Assembly (NCBI GenBank): GCA_029856525.1
Contig: JAHQXC010000023.1
Location: forward strand, 1-17,189
Direction: 5' to 3'
DNA: 17,189 bases
Origin: Candidatus Odinarchaeia archaeon
GTDB lineage: Archaea > Asgardarchaeota > Odinarchaeia > Odinarchaeales > Odinarchaeaceae
The notes beneath the pieces are model-generated. The model was not told the origin of the DNA and made no database searches. It saw only the letters and a list, made by a program, of their open reading frames with translations. Numbering within the stretch: position 1 is the first letter of the stretch; each line of letters opens with the position of its first letter. Made by a program: the position numbers and the translations under genes. Positions 1 through 6,758 of the stretch are shown in pieces.

Positions 1-2
1 AC

Positions 3-116
3 AGGGAGCTTTTAGCCGCTTTAGAGTTGAAACATAATTCAGGCGAGATCAGCTCTGAAGAATATTATAGTTTAAAATCTAAATATGAGGATAAGATTCG
101 TAGGCTTTCAATTTAA
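3..116 (+). CDS. 3' end of a gene entering from the left; C-terminal SHOCT-like helical motif
   Basis: Frame +3 is open from the window edge to TAA at 114-116 and reads RELLAALELKHNSGEISSEEYYSLKSKYEDKIRRLSI*. The L-x5-GEIS-x-EEY-x2-LK pattern resembles SHOCT-type C-termini. Not in the ORF track. Confidence 0.6.
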   Translation, partial: RELLAALELKHNSGEISSEEYYSLKSKYEDKIRRLSI

Positions 117-129
117 AAAGGGGGTTTTA

Positions 130-324
130 ATGGATAAAGCTAAGTTGAAAAACACTTATATTATTATAATAGGTTGGAGTGTTTTTCTATTAGCCTCAAT
201 TATTTTAAAATTTCTAAAACCGTCTCCGATTCCTTTAACAATATCGGATAATCTATGGGTTTTACCGGTTTGCTTCATCCCGCTTTTAACTATTCTTCTA
301 GAAGATTATCTTTCAAGCAGATGA
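130..324 (+). CDS. Small hypothetical membrane protein (64 aa, two hydrophobic segments)
   Basis: The ORF track gives 85..324. ATG at 130 follows a GGGGG SD-like run and avoids overlap with the upstream gene ending at 116. Hydrophobic stretches are YIIIIGWSVFLLASIIL and LWVLPVCFIPLLTILL. Confidence 0.6.
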   Translation: MDKAKLKNTYIIIIGWSVFLLASIILKFLKPSPIPLTISDNLWVLPVCFIPLLTILLEDYLSSR

Positions 325-327
325 TTA

Positions 328-345
328 GCCGAAAATATTATATAC
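328..345 (+). promoter_or_regulatory. Putative BRE/TATA promoter for the trpB2 leader
   Basis: GCCGAAAA followed by TATTATATAC matches the archaeal BRE plus TATA arrangement. The predicted start is near 368-372. Confidence 0.55.
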
Positions 346-396
346 TTCTTTTATCAATTTATTTTTCAATCTTTCAGTAAGGGTGTATGCCTTGGA

Positions 397-534
397 ATGG
401 GATTCGCTTTAACCGTGCAGTGCGCGTTCAGATTTAACCCTTACTTGAAAGTAGACTCGTTTTTAAATATTTTTTCACCTAAGGCCTCTACTACTAGCTT
501 ATTCTGGGCTTGGCGTTGGTTAACGTGGCCTTAG
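397..534 (+). CDS. Putative Trp-rich leader peptide upstream of trpB2 (start uncertain: ATG397, GTG415 or TTG445)
   Basis: Frame +1 reads MGFALTVQCAFRFNPYLKVDSFLNIFSPKASTTSLFWAWRWLTWP*. TGG codons lie at 505, 511, 517 and 526, and the stop TAG is at 532-534, 65 nt before the trpB2 ATG. Confidence 0.55.
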   Translation: MGFALTVQCAFRFNPYLKVDSFLNIFSPKASTTSLFWAWRWLTWP

Positions 535-570
535 ACGCCACTGCAATGGTTAGCCTATCCCTCTAAAATA

Positions 571-577
571 TTTTTTT
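571..577 (+). terminator. T7 tract between the leader ORF and the trpB2 SD (candidate attenuator terminator)
   Basis: Seven consecutive T at 571-577, followed by SD GGAGGT at 588-593 and ATG at 600. Oligo-U tracts are the known archaeal termination signal. Confidence 0.4.
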
Positions 578-599
578 AAAAAATTATGGAGGTTAAATT

Positions 600-1907
600 A
601 TGTCTAATTTGAACGATGTGAAGGTTCAACTTGGATTGGATGAAATGCCTAGGAGATGGTATAATATATTAGCGGATATAAAATCAGAGTTTCCACCGTA
701 TCTTAATCCGGCGACGAAGGAGCCTATTCCAATGGAGGCTTTGATGAATCTGTTTCCTAAGGAGTGTGTGAAGCAAGAGTTTGCAGAGGATCGCTATATA
801 AACATTCCAGAGGAGCTTTTAGAGTATTACTATAGACTCGGCCGGCCTTCCCCATTATATAGGGCCAAGCGACTTGAACAAAGACTTAACACGCCTGCGA
901 TGATCTTCTTTAAGAGAGAGGATTTATCTCCAACTGGAAGTCATAAACCTAACACCGCGATAGCGCAAGCATACTATGCTGAGAAGGAGGGTGTTAAAAA
1001 TCTTACAACTGAGACAGGAGCCGGGCAGTGGGGGAGTGCTTTAGCCTACTCTTGTGCGATGGTGGGTATAAAATGCACTGTTTTCATGGTAAGATGCTCT
1101 TATAATCAGAAACCGTATCGGAAATATATTATGAAGCTTTTAGGAGCTGATGTTTACGCTTCTCCGAGTGATAAAACAGAGTACGGTCGAAGCCTTCTAT
1201 CTAAGGACCCGAATCACCCCGGCTCTCTCGGTATCGCTATCAGTGAGGCGATAGAGATGGCGGTTAAAAACCCTGGTACAAAGTACACTCTCGGCAGTGT
1301 TTTAAACTATGTTATATTGCATCAAACAATTATCGGTCAAGAACTTATAGAACAGATGAATAAACTTGATCTTACACCTGATTATTTAATAGGCTGTGTC
1401 GGCGGTGGCAGTAATTTCGCCGGCTTCAGTTTCCCGTATCTAGGTAAAATATTGAGAGGTGAATTAGCATCCCCTGAGGTTTTAGCGGTTGAACCTGTCG
1501 CCTGTCCGTCTCTTACAAAAGGTGAATATAGATATGACTTCGGTGACACAGCGAAAACAACACCCTTAATAAAAATGTATACTTTAGGATGCGAGTTTAT
1601 TCCACCATCAATTCATGCAGGCGGATTAAGATATCACGGCGCCGCTCCGACTGTGAGTCTGCTGAGAGATGAAGGGTTCATTAAAGCAGTAGCGTATTCA
1701 CAGGATCAGGTGTTTCAATGCGCTAAGCTTTTCGCTGAGTCGGAGGGTCTTATACCAGCCCCTGAGACCAGTCACGCGATATGTGCAGCTATAGATTTAG
1801 CGCGGGAGGCTAAAAAGAGAAATGAGCGGAAGGTGATCGTCTTCAACTACAGTGGCCACGGTTTACTCGATATTGAAGGGTATAGGACTGTTCTGAAACT
1901 TGACTAA
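600..1907 (+). CDS. trpB: Tryptophan synthase beta chain, TrpB2 type
   Basis: PLP lysine motif PTGSHKPNTA, plus TTETGAGQWG, YTLGSVLNYV, GCVGGGSNFAG, IHAGGLRYHG and PAPETSHA. The N-terminal extension (MPRRWYNI, LYRAKRLE) is typical of TrpB2. SD GGAGGT at 588-593. Confidence 0.96.
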   Translation: MSNLNDVKVQLGLDEMPRRWYNILADIKSEFPPYLNPATKEPIPMEALMNLFPKECVKQEFAEDRYINIPEELLEYYYRLGRPSPLYRAKRLEQRLNTPAMIFFKREDLSPTGSHKPNTAIAQAYYAEKEGVKNLTTETGAGQWGSALAYSCAMVGIKCTVFMVRCSYNQKPYRKYIMKLLGADVYASPSDKTEYGRSLLSKDPNHPGSLGIAISEAIEMAVKNPGTKYTLGSVLNYVILHQTIIGQELIEQMNKLDLTPDYLIGCVGGGSNFAGFSFPYLGKILRGELASPEVLAVEPVACPSLTKGEYRYDFGDTAKTTPLIKMYTLGCEFIPPSIHAGGLRYHGAAPTVSLLRDEGFIKAVAYSQDQVFQCAKLFAESEGLIPAPETSHAICAAIDLAREAKKRNERKVIVFNYSGHGLLDIEGYRTVLKLD

Positions 1908-1908
1908 C

Positions 1909-1920
1909 CCTCCTTTTTTT
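1909..1920 (+). terminator. Pyrimidine/T7 tract after trpB2
   Basis: CCCTCCTTTTTTT follows the trpB2 stop directly and overlaps the convergent tyrA stop codon. It resembles the tract after hppA. Confidence 0.55.
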
Positions 1921-2806
1921 AACTTTTCTCTAATAACCTGTATATTCTCTTATAAGATTTCTCCAAGATTTTATTATCGCCTTTAACAGGTGTTATATAA
2001 GTTTTCCAGAATTCTTCGAATTTACCTATATCCCTGTTAGCAACTATTTCAAATAATTTATTGAAGTATTCTTTTAAGTATTCTAAAACTTCAAGCGTAT
2101 AACTGTTATCGATTTGAATGTGAGCGTAAAGCTTCCATGATTCTGAGGGAAGACTTTCCGCTAACAGCTTTAATATTTTGAATGTTGTACCAGCGTAGTT
2201 TTCAATACTATTATTATTAGACTGGTGGCTGTTAACCACGGCTGTGAACAGCATGGTTACAAAATGCGGTAAAGCTAAAGTTAAAGCGACTTTCCGATCA
2301 TGTTCCCTGTAATCGCATTCAACTACATTCGCACCCTGTTTTTTTAGAAAATCTTTAACAGAGTTTAATAGACTCAGATTCCCGGGGTGAGGGATTAATA
2401 TTATATTTTTTCTTTTAAGAGTTTTAGCTCCAGGCCCGAACATTGGATGAGCTGAGAGGAGAGTAATGTTTTTTTCACTTAGATAATTAAAGTTTTCTTT
2501 AAGAAATTTTTCAACAGGTGTTTTAACAGAGGATAACTCTATTATAAAAGTGTTAGGTTTCAGGTATGGTAGGATTTCTTTTAAAACATTCACGGTCTCC
2601 TCTAATGGGACACTTACTATAACACCGTCTGCGATGCTTGCCGCTCTCTTATTATCTTGGTAGGCTTCCACTTTAACCTCTTCTATAAAAGACTTGTATT
2701 TCTCAAGGTTAGGGGTGGCTATAACTGTTTGTATTTTATGAGTGAGTAAGAATCTTGTAATCCAGGCTCCAAGCCTTCCAGCTCCTCCTAAAACCGCTAT
2801 TTTCAA
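1919..2806 (-). CDS. tyrA: Prephenate/arogenate dehydrogenase (TyrA family)
   Basis: Rossmann motif IAVLGGAGRLG, plus VIVSVP, ELSSVK, AHPMFGP and HDRKVA...LPH. TTG start with GGAGG SD, downstream of the chorismate mutase domain. Confidence 0.92.
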   Translation of the reverse strand: MKIAVLGGAGRLGAWITRFLLTHKIQTVIATPNLEKYKSFIEEVKVEAYQDNKRAASIADGVIVSVPLEETVNVLKEILPYLKPNTFIIELSSVKTPVEKFLKENFNYLSEKNITLLSAHPMFGPGAKTLKRKNIILIPHPGNLSLLNSVKDFLKKQGANVVECDYREHDRKVALTLALPHFVTMLFTAVVNSHQSNNNSIENYAGTTFKILKLLAESLPSESWKLYAHIQIDNSYTLEVLEYLKEYFNKLFEIVANRDIGKFEEFWKTYITPVKGDNKILEKSYKRIYRLLEKS

Positions 2807-2810
2807 AAAT

Positions 2811-4211
2811 TTAGCCTCCGCTAGGTTCCAGGCTCTTTTTTACAGTCTCCTCTTCGAATTTAACCGTTAACTTGATTAATTCTCTAACCAGGCTTGCAGC
2901 ATACTCTTCAGGTAAACCTATTCTCTTAGCGTAGGCTACAGCTTCACTTATCAGAGTGTTTTCTCTTTCAATATCTCTTAACTCGGTGTGCCTCTCAGCT
3001 TTTATTTTAGCGAGAACCTCAGCTGCATCTAATCTCCGCTTGAATAACTCTAAAATTCTTAAAGTGAACTCTTGAATCATGTTCCTCTGGTATTTTAAAT
3101 CTTTTTTATCAGAATAAACAGTCTGTCCGAAATAGCCTGCTTGCATCAATAAATCAGCTATTACAACGGCGGTGATAGCCTCTACAACAGGTACAGCTCT
3201 CGGAACTATGCATGGATCGTGCCGTCCTTTAATTTTTATAGTGGTCTGAGTTTTACTCTCTAAGTTGACTGTCTTCTGCTCTTTTGTTATTGAAGAAGTC
3301 GGCTTAAAAGCCACGTTGAAGATAACCGGCATACCTGTTGTTAAACCGCCTAGAACACCTCCAGAATTATTCGTCTCAGTTATAATTCTGCCGCTTTCAT
3401 CGTATTTAAACCAGTCATTGTGCTCAGACCCTTTCATTAAAGCTGCTTTAAACCCTGAACCGAATTCAATTCCTTTCACACCTGGTATAGAGAACACGGC
3501 TTTAGAGATCACGCTTTCTATTGAAGAGAATACAGGTTCCCCTACACCTGGAGGAAGCCCTATGATCATGCATTGAACCACTCCTCCTACACTATCCCCT
3601 TCACTTTTAGCGTCTAATATTTTTTTAATCATCTTCTCCGCTGCTTCTCCATCAGGAGAGTATACTGGATTCTTATCCCGGTTTATTTTAATCTCCTCTA
3701 ATTGGCCTGGTATCCTCGCTGTTTCACCGGCTATCTGATATGTGTAAGCTAAAACCTGTATTCTTTTAGTGGCTAAGAGCTGTTTAGCTACAGCGCCAGC
3801 CATTACAAAGCTTGCTGTAATTCTCCCGGAGAACTGGCCTCCCCCTCTATAATCGTTGAACCCGCTGTACTTGATATAAGCTGTTAGATCCGCGTGCCCC
3901 GGTCTAGGTTTTAATATAAACTCCTCGTAGTCTTCGCTTCTAACATTCTTATTCTCTATCATCATGCAGATAGGGGCGCCTGTTGTGAATCCGTTTAGCA
4001 CGCCTGAATATATTTGAACTTTATCTTCTTCTAAACGTGTAGTGGATATATCCGAGAACCCTGGTCTTCTTTTATCTAGCTCGGCTTGAATTATCTGCTC
4101 GCTTAACTTTAATCCAGCTGGAACGCCATCCACTACTACTCCTACCACTCTTCCATGGCTTTCCCCGAAAACAGTGATTCTAAAAATTTTTCCGAGACTG
4201 TTATCCGGCAT
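2811..4211 (-). CDS. aroC: Chorismate synthase fused to a C-terminal AroQ-type chorismate mutase domain
   Basis: AroC motifs GESHG, PRPGHAD, KGIEFG, TNNSGGVLGG and GRHDPCIVPRA. Residues about 368-466 align without gaps to the E. coli AroQ domain, including RDIERE versus RDIDRE. Confidence 0.93.
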   Translation of the reverse strand: MPDNSLGKIFRITVFGESHGRVVGVVVDGVPAGLKLSEQIIQAELDKRRPGFSDISTTRLEEDKVQIYSGVLNGFTTGAPICMMIENKNVRSEDYEEFILKPRPGHADLTAYIKYSGFNDYRGGGQFSGRITASFVMAGAVAKQLLATKRIQVLAYTYQIAGETARIPGQLEEIKINRDKNPVYSPDGEAAEKMIKKILDAKSEGDSVGGVVQCMIIGLPPGVGEPVFSSIESVISKAVFSIPGVKGIEFGSGFKAALMKGSEHNDWFKYDESGRIITETNNSGGVLGGLTTGMPVIFNVAFKPTSSITKEQKTVNLESKTQTTIKIKGRHDPCIVPRAVPVVEAITAVVIADLLMQAGYFGQTVYSDKKDLKYQRNMIQEFTLRILELFKRRLDAAEVLAKIKAERHTELRDIERENTLISEAVAYAKRIGLPEEYAASLVRELIKLTVKFEEETVKKSLEPSGG

Positions 4212-5541
4212 CCGTTTCCTCCTCTAATCTTACTCCTATGCTTCTAAGATCTTTAATAAAGTTAGGGTAAGAGTCACTGTATGTTTCTAATCCGTTAATT
4301 ACGCAGGGTTCACTTGCTTTAAGAGCGGCTACGCAGAGAGCCATGAAGATTCTATGATCTCCATGTGCGTTTAAACTGTTACAGCCGGAGACCACGCCTC
4401 CGCCTTTTATCGTTAAACCTGTTTTATTCTCCTTCACTCTAACACCCATTTTACTAAGCTCTTCCCGGATTGTTAGAAGTCGATTACTCTCCTTATACCT
4501 TACATGCTCAGCGCCATATAATATAGTCTCACCTTCAGCGTAGGCGGCTACCACAGCAAGCGCCGGTATAAGATCAGGGGTGTTACTGCAGTTGATTCTA
4601 GCTCCTCTAAGTTCCCCGCCGTGAACTGTGAGCTCCCCTCTCTCATAGTCTTCTTCTATTTCCACCCCCATTTTTCTAAGATCCTCTACTATTTTTCTAT
4701 CAGCGCTCACTGATTGAAAGTCAACGTTCACTATTTTCAAACTTGATTTCGTTATAGCAGCCGCTGCTAGTATGAAGGAGATTGAAGACCAGTCTCCTGG
4801 AACATTATACTCTTCAATATTATAGTGCTGGTTTCCCCGTATTATAAAATTTTTTAAATCTTTAGAAGCTTTTATGCTAACACCGCTTTGACTTACTATT
4901 TCAAGAGTCATTTTAATATAAGGCTTGGATTTCACAGGGGGTTTAATATGGATTATAGAGTCGCTGGTTGATTTCGGCAAGGCTAGAAGGAGGCTTGAAA
5001 TAAACTGGGAGCTGACGCTTCCTGAAATCCAAGTTTCACCTCCCAGCTTATCTGTTCCTGTTATAGCTAGAGGCGGGTATCCGTTTCGCTCAAGATACTC
5101 GCATCTCGCTCCTAACCTGTTTAAAGCATCCACTAAATCCGCCATAGGTCTTTTTCTAAGTTGAGGTGAACCTGTCAGCCGCGTCGTTCCTTTAGCTAGA
5201 GCGGCTATAGACATCATGAATCTGATAGTTGTCCCGGAGTTTTTAGCGTCTAATACCTTGCTCGGAGCTATTAAACTATGAGGAGGGATTATTTCAAGCA
5301 GTTTATCTTTTATCTTAAATTCTGCGCCAAATAATCTGCAGCAGTCTATTGTAGCGTTCACATCTCCGGCTAGAAGCGGATTATACACTTTCACACCGTT
5401 ATCAGATAGTAATCCTACTGTTAGTATCCGGTGAGTGTGGCTTTTAGACGGTGGAGCTTCAACACTCCCTTTTAAAAGGGTGGTTGGATGAACCGTTATT
5501 TTAACCATTTTCACGGGCTTATCTTTTAGACCGCCCTTCAC
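4201..5541 (-). CDS. aroA: EPSP synthase (start uncertain: GTG5541, GTG5514 or ATG5508)
   Basis: Motifs PPSKSHTHR, NSGTTIRF, SSQFISSLL, PDLIP, RYKESNR and GDHRIFM. The stop overlaps the aroC start by 11 nt. Confidence 0.95.
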   Translation of the reverse strand: MKGGLKDKPVKMVKITVHPTTLLKGSVEAPPSKSHTHRILTVGLLSDNGVKVYNPLLAGDVNATIDCCRLFGAEFKIKDKLLEIIPPHSLIAPSKVLDAKNSGTTIRFMMSIAALAKGTTRLTGSPQLRKRPMADLVDALNRLGARCEYLERNGYPPLAITGTDKLGGETWISGSVSSQFISSLLLALPKSTSDSIIHIKPPVKSKPYIKMTLEIVSQSGVSIKASKDLKNFIIRGNQHYNIEEYNVPGDWSSISFILAAAAITKSSLKIVNVDFQSVSADRKIVEDLRKMGVEIEEDYERGELTVHGGELRGARINCSNTPDLIPALAVVAAYAEGETILYGAEHVRYKESNRLLTIREELSKMGVRVKENKTGLTIKGGGVVSGCNSLNAHGDHRIFMALCVAALKASEPCVINGLETYSDSYPNFIKDLRSIGVRLEEETDAG

Positions 5542-5544
5542 CTC

Positions 5545-6441
5545 CTATAATACAGTAGCGGATGCTTTACTATTATTTATATTTACAATTTTAACTTCGC
5601 CTTTAAAACTACTCCAAGCTTTTTTAAGAGATTCAACTTCATCTTCATCTATTAACGCAGCTATAGTAGGTCCTGTTCCTGAAACACTTACACCTTTAGC
5701 ACCGGCTTCAAACGCTTTGAAAACAATATCCATCGGTGTATTATAACAGGCCCCGTATAGGAAGCCGTTTAAACTCATAGCGTCTTCCACTAACCCCTTC
5801 TTAACTAATTCTACTAAGTGAGGTATCAGCCCTCCTATAAGCTTTGTTTTATTAATCGTCTCTGGTGTGCGTGTTAACGGTTTAAACTCGGGGATAAAAA
5901 GAGCTACTTTCACTTTATCTGTGAATGGTTTCCTGAATATTATCTCCCGTTTAACATTATCTGTGAGAACTAAACCGCCGAAGTAGGATGCCGCTGCATC
6001 GTCGAACGCCCCTGTAACGGTTACCTTAGACTCTATAGCGGCTTCAACTCCTATTTTAATGATCTCTATATCTGAAGCGCCCACTCCAAGCGCTTTAACA
6101 GCCGCTAACACGACGGCGTTAGCCGCTGCACTGCTGCTTTTAAGACCTTTCCCTATTGGAATATTACTGTAAGTTACCACTTTAACTCCTTGATTCCTTA
6201 TATTATATTTTTCGAATATTTTTCGTATACAATTCTCTATTAATTTAGTCTCCGTGTTTTCAAACCCTGAAATCACATACTCATATTTCTCTTCTGGCAG
6301 TAACTTCACTTCCGCGCGCGTCCATAAATCTACTCCTATCGCAGAGCCTAAACCAGCCGCTATCGCGTTGATAACTGTTATAGCTCCATGTGCAACAGCT
6401 GCAGCTCTTCTATTCAATTCATTCACCGGTTTCCTGTTCAA
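5545..6441 (-). CDS. aroK: Archaeal shikimate kinase (GHMP kinase superfamily)
   Basis: HGAITVINAIAAGLG, GHMP ATP loop PIGKGLKSSSAAANA, TGAFDDAAASYFGG and SGTGP, in an aro context. TTG start after GAGGGG. Confidence 0.92.
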   Translation of the reverse strand: MNRKPVNELNRRAAAVAHGAITVINAIAAGLGSAIGVDLWTRAEVKLLPEEKYEYVISGFENTETKLIENCIRKIFEKYNIRNQGVKVVTYSNIPIGKGLKSSSAAANAVVLAAVKALGVGASDIEIIKIGVEAAIESKVTVTGAFDDAAASYFGGLVLTDNVKREIIFRKPFTDKVKVALFIPEFKPLTRTPETINKTKLIGGLIPHLVELVKKGLVEDAMSLNGFLYGACYNTPMDIVFKAFEAGAKGVSVSGTGPTIAALIDEDEVESLKKAWSSFKGEVKIVNINNSKASATVL

Positions 6442-6482
6442 CCCCTCTTTTTAAATTTAAGCGAGCTCGATTGTAATTTTTT

Positions 6483-6508
6483 AAGCATCAATGCTTTTTA
6501 TATTTTCG
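6483..6508 (-). promoter_or_regulatory. Putative aroK promoter with an adjoining palindrome
   Basis: The minus strand reads CGAAAA (6508-6503) then TATAAAAA (6502-6495), overlapped by the inverted repeat AAGCAT-tg-ATGCTT (6496-6483). Confidence 0.45.
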
Positions 6509-6529
6509 TATATTTACATGGAGATTCAC

Positions 6530-6738
6530 GTTTAAACTTTATCGGCGTGAAGTCCCCCTGTGAAAGCTGGGGAAGCTGAAAAGTATTTATAGTTTCCCGA
6601 TCTTTAAAAAGGATAGTGATGCGGTGCGGGGGGCAGCTCTGAGACGCATGTTGAAAGAGAGCCTCTACCGGTCGAAAACACCGGCACGCTTCATCATTGA
6701 AGCAGGAAACCTCATCCGATAGAGGGGGGGTAGTTCAT
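6530..6738 (+). mobile_element. Non-autonomous IS200/IS605-family miniature element (209 bp, no tnpA or tnpB)
   Basis: Left end: TCAC (6526-6529), then 19 nt later GAAG (6549-6552) at the foot of hairpin TCCCC..GGGGA (6553-6573). Right end: TGAAGCAGGAAA, an imperfect hairpin CCTCATCC-GATA-GAGGGGGGG (6710-6730), then TAGTTCAT. The pairs GAAG/TCAC and GAAA/TCAT follow the TnpA(Y1) guide-to-cleavage-site pairing rule known from IS608 and ISDra2. Confidence 0.72.
6575..6592 (+). promoter_or_regulatory. BRE/TATA promoter inside the mini-element
   Basis: GCTGAAAAG followed by TATTTATAG is a near-consensus archaeal promoter. The predicted start near 6613-6617 is where the GC-rich structured segment begins. 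Confidence 0.6.
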
Positions 6739-6758
6739 ACTTTTAATTTTAAGTCTGT
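6615..6758 (+). ncRNA. Putative TnpB omegaRNA (reRNA): scaffold about 6615-6738 plus a 3' guide from flanking DNA
   Basis: GC-rich segment of about 124 nt with hairpins GCTCT..AGAGC, CCGGT..ACCGG and GCTTCA-tcat-TGAAGC, then the right-end hairpin and TTCAT. The GAAGCAGGAA..GGGGTAGTTCA ending is characteristic of tnpB 3' ends. Boundaries are inferred. Confidence 0.6.

Noticed and set aside
85-129. Longer start for the small membrane protein (ATG85)
   Set aside because: It overlaps the gene ending at 116. ATG130 has an SD-like run and no overlap.
372-450. tRNA-like or known riboswitch reading of the hairpin
   Set aside because: No T-loop or D-loop motifs, no cloverleaf, and no riboswitch consensus that I recognise.
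479-540. HDV-like ribozyme reading of the crossing helices
   Set aside because: The helix order lacks the P1.1/P4 segment and the catalytic C context.
3265-3576. + strand ORF of 103 aa
   Set aside because: Antisense shadow of aroC with no recognisable motif or SD.
4925-5164. + strand ORF of 79 aa
   Set aside because: Antisense shadow of aroA.
6447-6470. Partial match between the omegaRNA guide (6739-6766) and the aroK upstream region
   Set aside because: TTTTAAATTTAAG versus TTTTAATTTTAAG plus a shared GAGCTCGA, but the match is AT-rich, has mismatches at guide positions 1, 2 and 9, and has no TCAC TAM next to it.
6254-6579. + strand ORFs 6254..6454 and 6388..6579
   Set aside because: They overlap aroK antisense and run through promoter and element-end DNA. 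Neither resembles TnpA or TnpB.
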